Source: Deltaproteobacteria bacterium (lineage in GTDB: Bacteria; Myxococcota_A; Polyangia; DRWM01; JAAZOP01). Taken from it: a DNA stretch of 49,792 nt. The translations under genes were made by a program, and so were the position numbers. The stretch is taken from assembly GCA_016930215.1 (NCBI GenBank), contig JAFGHH010000387.1:1-49792 (forward strand), read 5' to 3'. A model generated the notes under the pieces. It searched no databases and was not told the origin of the DNA. It saw only the letters and a list, made by a program, of their open reading frames with translations. How positions within the stretch are numbered: the stretch's first letter is position 1; each line of letters begins with the position of its first letter. Positions 36,001-46,512 of this stretch are shown in pieces.

Positions 36001-36790
36001 GATGACCCTCGACCTGCTGCTGCACTCGTACCGCTCGGCCGCGCCGACCGGCAGCGGCCTGGCATACACCTACGCCGAGCTGCGGACCGAGAACCCGTGG
36101 CGCGAGGAGGCCGCCGGCCGTTGGGCGATCCACCCGCGGGACGGCGTGCCGGCGCTGCACGTCGGCGACGCCTCGGCCGCGGCGTGGACCGCGACGCTCG
36201 AGCCCAGCTCCTACGTGCCCGAGCAGAACCCGGACACGCGGACGTACAACGAGTCCGGCGCGCGCTTCGATGTCGGCTGGCGGCTGCGACGCTCGCGAAC
36301 GGCGTCGGCGGCGACGTCCACCACGGCCTTGTGGTTCGGCGACGACCTGGAGCTGGAGTCGTGGAGCGACGCGACGGCCGACGCGGCGCGGCTGCACCGC
36401 GGCGGGACCGACTCGGCGTTCGTGGTCTGGCCGACCGGCGCCGGGGTGACGGGGTTCCATGGGGCCGACGTCACGGGAGCGATGGCCGGCCGCCGTCTCG
36501 ACGACCCCGCGATCTTCGGCCGCGGGCTCACGGCGTTCGCGGCCGGCGGCGATGTCCTGGTGCAGGCCTCCGCGCCGATCGATCTCTTCGCGCGGCTCGA
36601 GCACGTCGCGAGCGCGACCGAGCCGCGCTTCGCGCTCGTGCGCGCGGCGGCGAGCGCCGTGGTCTCCCTGCGCTGTCCCGTCGCTCCGACGACCGTGCGG
36701 CTGGACGGCACCGACGCGACGTTCGCCCACGCCGGCGGGCTGCTCGAGCTGACCGTGCCGGCGGGGGACCACAGGCTGGACCTCGACTAG
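33011..36790 (+). CDS. Lipoprotein with DUF4962 plus heparinase II/III-like domains (polysaccharide lyase/epimerase superfamily)
   Basis: Lipobox CAAC; HPKLVF, AITYDW.YD.LT, NNHYW, DDGTSNEGVAYHSYG, FGD, WYDP, RSSWDEDATYL, GHEQPDAGHF and HNLLLVDG. Confidence 0.8.
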   Translation: MTHWCGTVGIAILCAACSGPSGTDAGDGGDIDTADGPDADTGDDGGEPVVPEWDEPERSYRVRVTLLPHPDRDRTDLPVLVPLAHAEAYVGRDVRVYEVTAGRSPAAVPAGAWTQPDGREAEVGFTAAGTTAAGAVRDFLVYYEPSVVPPAWEWRTGGFGEFQELDGDGDTRIEAWLLSGGDYRLQRALDPADGSLRRGRRTAGDAFLAHEPGDWQAVEGFSDGYQLEDATHTWDPAGVEDLVPTTTVTDRDPASAAVSAAWTGRTAPVPHDLALAYRVFPAWPFVERVLSAVPQDPATTFFFSSSDWNGRHLYLADDYDRMVSDTRGDEALEKIWDTGMRWLVVYDSASDRGLGWFVFHAGVIRAEDTTDGVTIYDSYGYSAGGAPVFRSLWMADPDKDRIVDLFDALVPGVRVSPPEFRDLNIVAPRADDYLFPGDELSLTVTTPGNPEPATATAMLPDGTELPLELERGTSPLVWRSRTPLPLTDAHPAGSWVLTASSAGLEARVTVQFRHPEHPKLVFDASELAELRARRDRPEWSDVWAEMLDEAEGYDDPIPDPGPGRDIRGYADRLMNLALIQLIDPAQPFDEPLWTYFFTMLRYPNWDEDAAEPFNNLDLTVGHFLTALAITYDWHYDRLTPAERAEVRARLRGVADRWCSTSWMRTYRDIDWTHFGSVTNNHYWINHEGVAAAAFVLADEMPEAERAAWVAQLEENLAIILSVLEDDGTSNEGVAYHSYGQINLFRWLDFRDRALGGNTATAVPWFRESVLWDLYSVLPGGADNYGGVANFGDCPVSHYNSPRTISAWLARRLGDGRAQWTAENLDNPRRTAWSYLWYDPTVAVVERSTLPTWRFFPDKGIWAWRSSWDEDATYLSLKSGSYFGGHEQPDAGHFILHRAGVPYVTDHGYSYLKMSDEHNLLLVDGAGQHGEGTQWMAGQDPTDWAHAEAVLGDARYFDVLADPTSMMLSETLTSWRREVVGLGSDLFFVHDTMQGTAAMTLDLLLHSYRSAAPTGSGLAYTYAELRTENPWREEAAGRWAIHPRDGVPALHVGDASAAAWTATLEPSSYVPEQNPDTRTYNESGARFDVGWRLRRSRTASAATSTTALWFGDDLELESWSDATADAARLHRGGTDSAFVVWPTGAGVTGFHGADVTGAMAGRRLDDPAIFGRGLTAFAAGGDVLVQASAPIDLFARLEHVASATEPRFALVRAAASAVVSLRCPVAPTTVRLDGTDATFAHAGGLLELTVPAGDHRLDLD

Positions 36791-37009
36791 TATGACGCGG
36801 CGCAAGTTCGTAGGGGGGTCGGGCTCGGCCTTCCGATCCGGTAGGGGACCCACGTAGCGACGGACGCCCGCGAAGCGGGCGTGCCGGCGCGAGTGGTCCC
36901 GGGACGTTGCGCTCGCGGTCGCACTCGCCCCTCGCGTGGCTCGGGGCTGCGTGGCGACCCAACCGGACGGCAGGGCAACCCCCTACGAACTTGCGCCGTG
37001 CTGTACTAG
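36787..37009. mobile_element. MITE-like element (223 bp including flanking CTAG) with terminal inverted repeats
   Basis: Left end CTAGTATGACGCGGCGCAAGTTCGTAGGGGG versus reverse complement of right end CTAGTACAGCACGGCGCAAGTTCGTAGGGGG: 27/31 identical, inner 20 bp perfect; no transposase inside. Confidence 0.7.
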
Positions 37010-37085
37010 CTGCCCGGAACGGAGGTCACACCGCCCGCGGCGCCATCCTGCCGGACGGCGTCGGGGGCCGACGCCAAAGCAGGGG

Positions 37086-38417
37086 CTACGGCGCCCGCCG
37101 CAGCAGCGCCGCGTAGAACCCGTCGGTGCCGGTATCGGGCGGGAACAGCGCGAGGCCGACCTCGAGCGGCTCCCACGGCGCGGGCCACGGCGCCGGGTCC
37201 GGCGCGAAGTCGGGATGGTCGGCCAGGAACGCACGGACCTGCCGCGGTCCCTCCTCGGGCAGCAGCGAGCAGACGACGTACAGCAGCGCGCCGCCGGGAG
37301 CGACCAGCCCGCAGGTGCGTCGCAGGATCGCCGCCTGCAGCGCGACGAGCCGCGCGAGGTCGCCGGGCTCGAGCCGCCAGCGGATCTCCGGCCGGCGCGA
37401 GAGCGTGCCGGTCCCCGAACAGGGCGCATCGACCAGCACCGCGTCGAACGGACCCTCGAGCCCGCCCGCGCCGACGCTCCAGTCCACCGCTCGGCACTCC
37501 GCGCTCCGCAGCCCGAGCCGCTCCAGCTCGCCGGCCACCCGCGCCAGCTTGTCGGGGTGTACGTCGGTCGCCACGAGACGGTCGAGGGCCGGCTCGCGCT
37601 CGGCGAGCGCCGCGGTCTTCGTGCCGCGCCCGGCGCAGGCGTCGAGCAGCCGCACTCCGGGGGCCAACGGGAGCCGCTCGGCCGCCAGGAACGCCCCTTC
37701 CTCCTGCGCCGTCGCTCGACCGGCGACGACGGCGGGGTGGCGGCGCAGGTCGCCGGCGCCGGCGGCGAGCCGCAGGACGAGCGGCGAGAGGGGCGAGGTC
37801 GTTCCGGGCGGCACGTCCGCGGCGCCGGCGCGGCGTCGGTTCCGCCGCAGGGTGCGGGTCGGCACCGCGAGGGACCAGCGGGCCAGCGCGGGCATCCGCG
37901 GCTCGCCCCACGCCGCGGCCAGCCGCTCGCGCAACCAGCCCGGGAAGGCGTGCGCGGCCGCCTCCGGCCCCTCCGGCGGCGCCGCGCGTCTCCCGGCCGG
38001 CGCCAGCCGGCGCAGCACGGCGTTGGCCAGGCCGGCCAGCCCGCGTCGACCGAGCCGCTTGACCCCTTCCACCGCCACATGGACCGCCGCGTGCGGCGGC
38101 ACCGGGTGTGGGCCGAGCAGCTCGAAGGCGGCCAGGCGCAGCAGCTGGCGGGTCAGGTCGTCGAGCGACGCGAGGCCGCGGGGCAGCAGCGGGTCGAGGC
38201 GAGCGTCGACCATGCCGCGCCAGCGCCAGGCGCCGAGCGCCAGCTCGGTGGCGTCGGCCCGCAGCGCGGGGTCCGTCAGGCCCACCTCGCGCGCCGCCTC
38301 CTCGAGCGCCTTGGTGACGTAGGCCCGGTCGCGCTCGACGCGCTGCAGGGCGAGCGCGGCGGCCGCGCGGGCCGGGAGGCCCGGAACCGCGAGGAGGTCG
38401 GTCGCGGGGCGGGGCAT
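37086..38417 (-). CDS. rsmB: 16S rRNA m5C967 methyltransferase RsmB/Sun
   Basis: NusB-like N-domain (LRLAAFEL, GLANAVLRR); QEEGA, LDACAGRGTKT, VLVDAPCSGTG, RRPEIRW, LLYVVCS and DGFYAA. Confidence 0.9.
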   Translation of the reverse strand: MPRPATDLLAVPGLPARAAAALALQRVERDRAYVTKALEEAAREVGLTDPALRADATELALGAWRWRGMVDARLDPLLPRGLASLDDLTRQLLRLAAFELLGPHPVPPHAAVHVAVEGVKRLGRRGLAGLANAVLRRLAPAGRRAAPPEGPEAAAHAFPGWLRERLAAAWGEPRMPALARWSLAVPTRTLRRNRRRAGAADVPPGTTSPLSPLVLRLAAGAGDLRRHPAVVAGRATAQEEGAFLAAERLPLAPGVRLLDACAGRGTKTAALAEREPALDRLVATDVHPDKLARVAGELERLGLRSAECRAVDWSVGAGGLEGPFDAVLVDAPCSGTGTLSRRPEIRWRLEPGDLARLVALQAAILRRTCGLVAPGGALLYVVCSLLPEEGPRQVRAFLADHPDFAPDPAPWPAPWEPLEVGLALFPPDTGTDGFYAALLRRAP

Positions 38418-38421
38418 GGCC

Positions 38422-40131
38422 TCAGTTGCAGCCGAACAGCCCGAGGATGTCGCTCCAGCGGCGGGCGATGTCGTTGTGCAAGGCCAGCGCCACCAGCGCG
38501 AGGATCAGGATCAGGCCGACGAACTGCGCCCGATCCTTGAACTTGCGGCTGAGCGGCTTGCGGCGGATCGCCTCGATGCCGAAGAACAGCAACTGGCCGC
38601 CGTCGAGGATCGGGATCGGCAGCAGGTTGAGGATGCCGAGGTTGATGCTGATCAGGGCCATCGCCCACAGGAACGAGACCGCGCCGGCCTCGGCGGACTG
38701 GGCGGCGACGTCGAAGATCAGCACCGGGCCGCCGATCGTGTCGACGCCCACGCGACCCTGGAAGATCGCGGCGAAGCCGAGGGCCGTGAGGCGGATCACG
38801 TTGCCGGTCTCGTCGAAGGCGCCGAAAAAGGCGCGGGAGACGCGGTTCGGGTTGGGAACCGGGTCGTCGGTCTGGCTCCGGGTATAACCGCTGACGCCGA
38901 GCGAGAAGCGGTGGTGCTCCTGGCCCAGCGGGTCGCGCCAGGTCTCCGGGTGCAGCTCGACCGTCACCGGCAGCTCGCGGCCGTCGCGGGCGACGAGGAA
39001 AGTGTGCGGGCCGGCGGTGTCGCGCTCGGGGACGAGCTGCACGTCGAGCCAGGTGACGAGCGGCTTGTCGTCCAGGCGCAGCAGGCGATCGCCGACCCGC
39101 AGGCCGCCCAGGTCGCCGGGCGAGCCCGGCCGGACGCGCGAGACGACGAGGTCGGAGGTGGTGGCGCCGAGCGCGCGATCGCCGGGCGTCCCGGGAGCCG
39201 CCCGGATCGATTGCCGCACCGCTGCGGCGACGAACAGCGTGCCCAGGCCGGTCGCCACCGGGGCGCCGCGCAGCAGGCCGACGTCCAGCCTGCCGTCGGG
39301 CCCGACGCGGGAGCGCTCGAGGTCGATGTGGCGCCGGACGCGACGTCCGTCGAGCGCGAACACCTCGTCGAAGGGCTGCAGGTCGAGCGGTGCGGCGGTG
39401 TCGGCGGCCGGCTCCACGGGGCCGAGAATCGGAGCCCGGTAGTATGGCGAGACGCCGATGCGGCCCACCTCGTTCACGAAACCGATGATCGGGATCACCT
39501 CCTCGGCCGTCGCCGGGGTGATGCGCCGCGCGAACACCTCGTCGCCGCGCCGGATGCGGAACTCCAGCGGCTCGCCCGGCCGGCCCTCGACCTCGGCCAC
39601 CACGTCCTCGAAACCGTGGATCGTCGTGCCGTCGACCTCGACGATCAGGTCCCCCGGTTGCAGGCCGGCCGCAGCGGCGGGGGTGCCCGCGAAGACGGTG
39701 CCGACCGAGGCGGGGAGGATGGTGTCGCGGCCGAGGAAGACGAAGAAGTAGATCAGGATCGGGAACAGCAGGTTCATCGCCGGGCCGCCGACGATGATCA
39801 CGGCGCGCTGCCACATCGGCTTGTCGGTGAGCGCGCGGCCCGCATCCTCCGGGCGCCGGGCCTCCGGGTCGTCGGAGACCGTGGCGTCGACCCCGTCGCC
39901 GCCCTCGGGACCCTCGCCGAGCATCTTGACGTAGCCGCCGAGCGGGATGGCGGAGACGACGTACTCGGTCTCGCCGCGCCGGAATCCGACCAGGCGGCGG
40001 CCGAATCCGAGCGAGAACTTGAAGACCTTGACGCCGAAGATCTTCGCCCACATGAAATGGCCCAGCTCGTGGACAAAGATCAGGACCCCCAATAGGATGA
40101 CGAAGAACAGGATGTCCTTGAGAGCGCCCAT
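38422..40131 (-). CDS. rseP: RIP metalloprotease RseP with PDZ domains
   Basis: [29 protein letters not shown]-like PA..AGL.PGD, and [11 protein letters not shown]. Confidence 0.95.
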   Translation of the reverse strand: MGALKDILFFVILLGVLIFVHELGHFMWAKIFGVKVFKFSLGFGRRLVGFRRGETEYVVSAIPLGGYVKMLGEGPEGGDGVDATVSDDPEARRPEDAGRALTDKPMWQRAVIIVGGPAMNLLFPILIYFFVFLGRDTILPASVGTVFAGTPAAAAGLQPGDLIVEVDGTTIHGFEDVVAEVEGRPGEPLEFRIRRGDEVFARRITPATAEEVIPIIGFVNEVGRIGVSPYYRAPILGPVEPAADTAAPLDLQPFDEVFALDGRRVRRHIDLERSRVGPDGRLDVGLLRGAPVATGLGTLFVAAAVRQSIRAAPGTPGDRALGATTSDLVVSRVRPGSPGDLGGLRVGDRLLRLDDKPLVTWLDVQLVPERDTAGPHTFLVARDGRELPVTVELHPETWRDPLGQEHHRFSLGVSGYTRSQTDDPVPNPNRVSRAFFGAFDETGNVIRLTALGFAAIFQGRVGVDTIGGPVLIFDVAAQSAEAGAVSFLWAMALISINLGILNLLPIPILDGGQLLFFGIEAIRRKPLSRKFKDRAQFVGLILILALVALALHNDIARRWSDILGLFGCN

Positions 40132-40186
40132 GCCACGACGCTTATATCACGAAGCCGAGCCGGAACAGGACGTCGTTCGAGCGCTG

Positions 40187-41267
<1,081 letters not shown>

Positions 41268-41278
<11 letters not shown>

Positions 41279-43148
41279 CGATCTCGAGGCTCCAGGCGTT
41301 GAGCGTGCCGACGTCGCCGCCGGCCACGTCGGCCACGTGCAGGGTCCAGGTGCCGGCGGCCGGCTGCCCGTTGAAGGCGTCGACCGGGAAAGTCCGCACC
41401 AGCACCGTGTCCTCCACGTACTCCTCGCGCAACAGCTCGACCGGAGCGCCGCCGTCCTTGGACACGGACACCACCAGGTCCGCCAGGAACGGGTGGGTCA
41501 GGTTGACCGTCACCCGGACCGCGGCCGCGTTGCCGGCGCCGGTGATCGAGATCACGCTCGTGATCCCCGCCGGGTCCTCGTCCGGGATGGCGACCGGGGT
41601 CTCGTTGCTGCCGGTGAGCGTCGTGGGTTCGGAGTCGCAGTCGTCGCCGGCGCAGCGCGTGATCGTGAGCGACCAGCGGTTGAGCGTGCCGGTGTCGGCG
41701 CGGCCGGAATCGACCACCTGGAGCGTCCAGGTGCCGGCGGCGTCCTGGCCGTCGAACTCATCGACGTCCCAGGTCTTCTTCAGATCATCGGCGCCGGCGC
41801 CCTCGCGCTCCTGCAGCGTGACGGTCGTGGCGCCCCGGGACAGCCGCACGGTCAGGTCGCCGCGGTAGGTGTGCGTGATGTCCACCTCGACCTGCAGGCT
41901 GCTGATCACGCCCCCCTCCGCCACCTCGATCGTGCTGCGGACGCCGGCGGCGTCGTTGTCGGGGATCGGGGCCGGGGTGTTGTTGACGTAGGAGCCGAGC
42001 GGGTCGATGCAGGCGCGGTCGGAGGCGCAGGCCGGGTCGGCGCAGTCGGTCTGGCCGTTGAAGTCGTTGTCCCGCGAGTCGTTGCACACCTCGGCCACCG
42101 AAACCTGCGGCTTGTCGCTCACGTAGGCGCTCGTGTGGCGCGACACGTAGTCGTAGGAGATCCAGCCGTAGCCGGCGCCCTTGGGGTTGCGGGTGGCCCA
42201 GCCGGTGCCCCAGCTGTTCTTGAACAGGAAGAACCCGCGCTGCATCACCGGGTTGCCCTCGGCGTCCACCGCCAGCGTGCCGTCCGCGGCGATCGCCTGG
42301 ACCTCCAGGTTGTCGTCCCAGCCGACGAGGATGAACGAGTGTCCCGCCCGGTGCTCGCTGCTCGAGGTGATGTCCTCGGCGTTCGGCGTCACGACGTAGC
42401 CGAAGTCCCGGTAGCCGCTGTAGCGCGGGATGCGCGAGCCGCCGTGGCCCCAGGCCTGGTAGTAGAAGTCCCCGCCCACCTGCACCGCCGTGCGGGCGTT
42501 GTACAGGTGCGACTTGATGCTGTCGGGCCGCGAGTTGACCCAGCGACCGCGCGGGATGCGCCAGCGCTGCGCCGCCAGAGCGGTGGCCGGCGGGTCGCCG
42601 TTCGTGTGGCAGATCACCGGCTGCTCGGCCTCCGGCAGGCCGCAGTCCGGGTTGTTGCTGGCGGTCCAGGGCGAGGTCTCGTAGGGCCAGTCGGTCTCGA
42701 ACACGCCGCCGAACCGGTTCAACGTGTTGATGTTGACCTGGGCGCTGGATCCTCCCGTGTGCGGGAACTCCCCGGCCTCGACCTTCGACGACCACTGCAG
42801 GAACTGCTCGCTGAAGTCCGGATCCGGGATCGTTCCCTCCAGGACGTACAGATGCTCCATCAACGCGATCGTCGCGAAGATCGAGCAGACCCCGCGGCTC
42901 GCCTGGTTGCGCACCGGCGACTGGGTCGCCACCAGGTCGAAGCTCGCCGGCAGGATCTCGTCCGCCTTCCCCTCGCTCGGCAGCTCGTCGTTCGTCGGCG
43001 CACCGGCGCGTACCGCGTCGGGATCGGTCAGCGGGAAGTCGTCCTGCGGATCGTCCACCGGCGGATCGTCGTCGGCGACGCAGGCGGTCATGCCTGCCAG
43101 CAACAGGGCGGCCAGGAAGGACGGGAAACGTGGGAGAAGTCCGGACAT
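41268..43148 (-). CDS. Lipoprotein: papain-like (C1) cysteine peptidase with two proprotein-convertase P-domains
   Basis: Lipobox MTAC; [14 protein letters not shown] (catalytic Cys), [17 protein letters not shown] (His), FKNSWG (Asn); two IPD....GI.S.I...I.H.(Y/F)..DL...GTWTL.V.D...D.GTLN.WSL domains. Confidence 0.85.
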
Positions 43149-43314
43149 GTGAGCACCGTGGAGCCGGGGCCGACGGAACCGGGCGACATTCGCGGAAGTT
43201 CGCGGCAACGCGCCCGGCCGGCGGTCCGGCGGTCAGCAGCGACGGCCCCATGCCGTCGTCCCGGCAACCATAGCATGGGTCGGTCGGAACGACCAAGCGG
43301 CCCCCCGGACGCCG

Positions 43315-43968
43315 CTAGAGGAAACGGATGACAAGGTAGCCGATGCCGCCTGCGATTCCCAGCACCGCCAGCACGAGGACGGTGGTGAGTAGGGCGTTCT
43401 TGCGTCCTGCCGCCACCACCTCCGGATGGTCGACGAGGCTGCCACGCGCCAACCATGCTCCGGCACCGCCGGCCGTGATTGCCTCGGGCAGGCGCTCGGC
43501 CAACCGGACGCCGAGCCAGACTTGCGCCCGCAGCGTATCCGGCGACCCAGGGCCGCGACCGAGGATCTCGAGCCGGTCCGGCTCGAAGTGGATCGTCGCG
43601 GGCGCGGCCCGGAGCGTCCACCCGCGCAGCTCCTCGTCGAAGAGCGCCTGCAGTACCGCCCGCGGCGCGCCCTCCACCGCGTACTCGGCGTCGAACACGG
43701 GGTCGGCGCCGAGCGTCGGGCCGCCGGGGTTCGCCAGCCGCTGCGTGACGAGGCACCGCAGGCCGAAGGTGGCGGCCGGGACGTGGAGATTGGGATGCAG
43801 CGTGTAGGACGGTCGCGACAGGTTGGCAATCACGGCGACCCGGCGACCGCGGACGCCGCCGACGATCATCGGACGTTGGTTCGTACCCAGGTCCGAGAAG
43901 CCGCGTTCCAGCGGCGGTTCGAGCATCGAGGCGGCGGCGTCGAGTAGGGCCTGCTGGTCGGGTCGCAT
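43315..43968 (-). CDS. Hypothetical protein with a C-terminal transmembrane helix
   Basis: Plausible globular composition (GADPVFDAEYAVEGAP); C-terminal hydrophobic LLTTVLVLAVLGIAGGIGYLVIRFL; start uncertain. Confidence 0.55.
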   Translation of the reverse strand: MRPDQQALLDAAASMLEPPLERGFSDLGTNQRPMIVGGVRGRRVAVIANLSRPSYTLHPNLHVPAATFGLRCLVTQRLANPGGPTLGADPVFDAEYAVEGAPRAVLQALFDEELRGWTLRAAPATIHFEPDRLEILGRGPGSPDTLRAQVWLGVRLAERLPEAITAGGAGAWLARGSLVDHPEVVAAGRKNALLTTVLVLAVLGIAGGIGYLVIRFL

Positions 43969-44230
43969 CACCCCAGGGTGCCCGCTGGGCCGGCCGCGGT
44001 CAAGGCAAGGCATGCGGCCCAGGCACGCTGCCCGACGTGGATCGCCGAAATGTCCGTGCAAGGTGGGCCCGCGAGCCCTCTGCCCGGCGGCCGGACCGGG
44101 ACGGCCGTCCCGGTTCCGGTCGACGGGTTGAATCGTCCGGCGCGCGCCGCCGTCCGTGCTGCTTGACCCCGACCGGCCGTCGGTTCACCCTGGATGGGTG
44201 CCCCTGCGGGGCGAGAGAAGGAGGGTTCGC

Positions 44231-45022
44231 ATGCGTGGATGGTTGGCTCTGGTGGCGGTGGCGGCGCTCGGCGCCGGGTTGTCGTGCGTGATCACGTCGG
44301 ACGACAACCACCAGACGTGCGGGCCGTCCAACTGCGCGGGGTGCTGCCTGGGCAACCTGTGCCAGGGCGGCGGCAGCACGTCGGCCTGCGGCACGGGCGG
44401 CGGGGCCTGCTACAGCTGTGCGGCCGGCCAGAGCTGCGTCGCCGGCGCGTGCGTCGGCGGGTCGGCGTGCAATTCGACGAACTGCACCGGCTGTTGCGTC
44501 GGCGACAACTGCGTCAACCCGCCGACCGACTCGGCCTGCGGCATCTACGGCTCGACCTGCCTGGATTGCGCGGCGGTCGGCCAGTACTGCAGCGCCGGGA
44601 CCTGTACGGGCGGGACGCCGACCTGCGGCCCGACGAACTGTGCCGGCTGCTGCGTCGGCGACACCTGCGTCGCCTCGCCGACCGACTCGGCCTGCGGCAT
44701 CTACGGCTCGACCTGCCTCGACTGCTCCGCCGTCGGCCAGTTCTGCAGCCTGGGCGCCTGCGTGACCCCGCAGTGGTGCATCGGCAGCACCTGCTACGAG
44801 ATCAGCGGCTCGTGCGACTTCTACGACGACCAGGACTGCTTCAACCGCACGCAGGCCTGGTGGTGCAGCCCCGACGGCTACGTCTACCTCAACGACTGCA
44901 TCACGCAGTGCGCACCGTACGGCATGCCCTACGCGTGCTGCGGCTGGGACCCGACCCGGGGCGACGACGCCTGCCTGTGCTGTGCGGAGTCGACCTGCGG
45001 CGGGTTCGAGTGCTATCCGTAG
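44231..45022 (+). CDS. Cysteine-rich repeat lipoprotein (263 aa)
   Basis: AAGGAGG RBS; lipobox GLSC; three ~50-aa units starting C...NC.GCC.G..C; units 2 and 3 share a near-identical DNA block 156 bp apart (44522 and 44678). Confidence 0.75.
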   Translation: MRGWLALVAVAALGAGLSCVITSDDNHQTCGPSNCAGCCLGNLCQGGGSTSACGTGGGACYSCAAGQSCVAGACVGGSACNSTNCTGCCVGDNCVNPPTDSACGIYGSTCLDCAAVGQYCSAGTCTGGTPTCGPTNCAGCCVGDTCVASPTDSACGIYGSTCLDCSAVGQFCSLGACVTPQWCIGSTCYEISGSCDFYDDQDCFNRTQAWWCSPDGYVYLNDCITQCAPYGMPYACCGWDPTRGDDACLCCAESTCGGFECYP

Positions 45023-45068
45023 CGGACACCGGTCGCCGGCAGCCGGACCGCGGGTCATGGAAAGTCGG

Positions 45069-46475
45069 ATGCGAACCCTTTCGTACCTGCTCCCGTGTCT
45101 GCTGCTCGGTTGCCATTCCTGGCACGGCGTCGAACCGGACGCGGACGTCGGTCGCGACGCGGATGCGGACGGCGTCGTGGACGACGACGGCGGAGCGGAC
45201 GGGGATGCGGACGCCGACGCCGACGCCGATGCGGACGCCGATGCCGATGCGGACGCCGACGCCGACGCCGATGCGGACGCCGTCACGTTGCTGGGCGTGG
45301 GCAGCGAGGCGAAGAGCCTGGACGCCTTCCCGCCGCTCGAGCGGACGTCGCTCGGCGACTGGTACGTGGATGGCAGCCGAACGAGTAGTGGCGACGGGAG
45401 GAGCCCGGAGACGGCGTTCTGCACGCTCGGCGAAGGGCTTGCGGCGCTGTCGGCCGGCGAGACGCTGCTGGTCCTGGGCGGCACGTACCTGTTGTCCGCC
45501 CCGATCGTCCGGACCGCGGCCTGGACGGCCGAGACGCGCGTGATGGGGTGCGGCGACGACCGGCCGGTGCTCGACGCCGAAGGCGTCGCGCCGAACACGG
45601 GAGCGCTGCAGTTCTCGGGCGGCGCGGCGAACGAGACGTGGCACCGGTTCCACGTGCGGAACGTGCCCGACCGCGGCGACGGCTACGACGGGCAGGCGAT
45701 CCGCGTCCTGGGCGCGTCGAATATCACGTTGTCCGATATGTGGGTCAGCCACTGTCGCCAGGACGGCATCTGGTTCTTCGGTGCCCGCGACTGCCTGGTG
45801 CAGGACTGCGCTGTCTGGCGCCTGGGGGACGGCGTGACGGCGGGGACGAACGTGCCGGACGGCTACGCGGCGACGGCCAACAGCGGGGAGTTCAGCGAGA
45901 ACGTGTGGTTCGCGCGGAGTCTCGCGGCGAACGCCGGGGACGACGGCTTCGACCTGTTCCGCGCGCGCAACAGCGGCGTGCTCGACAGCGTCTCGTATGA
46001 CGCCGGGCGCTACTGGAACGGCAGCAATGCCGGCGACGGCAACGGCTTCAAGATGGGCGGCGCCACCGGAGCGGCCGCGAACAGCATCGTCGGCTGCCTG
46101 GCCGTCGGTTGCCGCGCCAGCGGCATCGACGGGAACCAGGGCGCAACGCTGGAGTTCGAGCGGAACACCAGCGTAGGCAACGGCGAGTTCGGCTTCGACC
46201 TCAACGGCGACGTCGAGACGCAGCGCAACGTGGCGCACGAGAACATCGCCTTCGCCAACACGACCGCGTTCTACGCGGGCGACTTCGTGACGCACGAGCT
46301 CAACACCTGGAACCTCGGGATCGACGACCCGGCCTTCGCGTCCCCGGACCTCTTCGACTGGTCGCTGGCCGCGGGCAGTCGCGCGATCGGTGTGGCCGCC
46401 GACGGCGGGAACCTCGGGGCGAGCGAGGCGGCGCTGCGGCTCGCCAAGCACTGGCTGGCCCGGGACCTGCACTGA
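45069..46475 (+). CDS. Lipoprotein with right-handed beta-helix, PL9 (PelL-like) polysaccharide lyase family
   Basis: Lipobox LLGC; (DA)13 linker; GDGRSPETAF, AGET...GGTY, DG(Y)A, DDGFDLF and the PL9-typical GDGNGFKMGG. Confidence 0.75.
   Translation: MRTLSYLLPCLLLGCHSWHGVEPDADVGRDADADGVVDDDGGADGDADADADADADADADADADADADADAVTLLGVGSEAKSLDAFPPLERTSLGDWYVDGSRTSSGDGRSPETAFCTLGEGLAALSAGETLLVLGGTYLLSAPIVRTAAWTAETRVMGCGDDRPVLDAEGVAPNTGALQFSGGAANETWHRFHVRNVPDRGDGYDGQAIRVLGASNITLSDMWVSHCRQDGIWFFGARDCLVQDCAVWRLGDGVTAGTNVPDGYAATANSGEFSENVWFARSLAANAGDDGFDLFRARNSGVLDSVSYDAGRYWNGSNAGDGNGFKMGGATGAAANSIVGCLAVGCRASGIDGNQGATLEFERNTSVGNGEFGFDLNGDVETQRNVAHENIAFANTTAFYAGDFVTHELNTWNLGIDDPAFASPDLFDWSLAAGSRAIGVAADGGNLGASEAALRLAKHWLARDLH
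45204..45281 (+). repeat. 6-bp microsatellite encoding (Asp-Ala)13
   Basis: GAYGCS repeated 13 times in frame. Confidence 0.9.
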
Positions 46476-46512
46476 CCCGCACGGCCCGCCGGAGCGCCGG
46501 GCCCCCCGGCGG

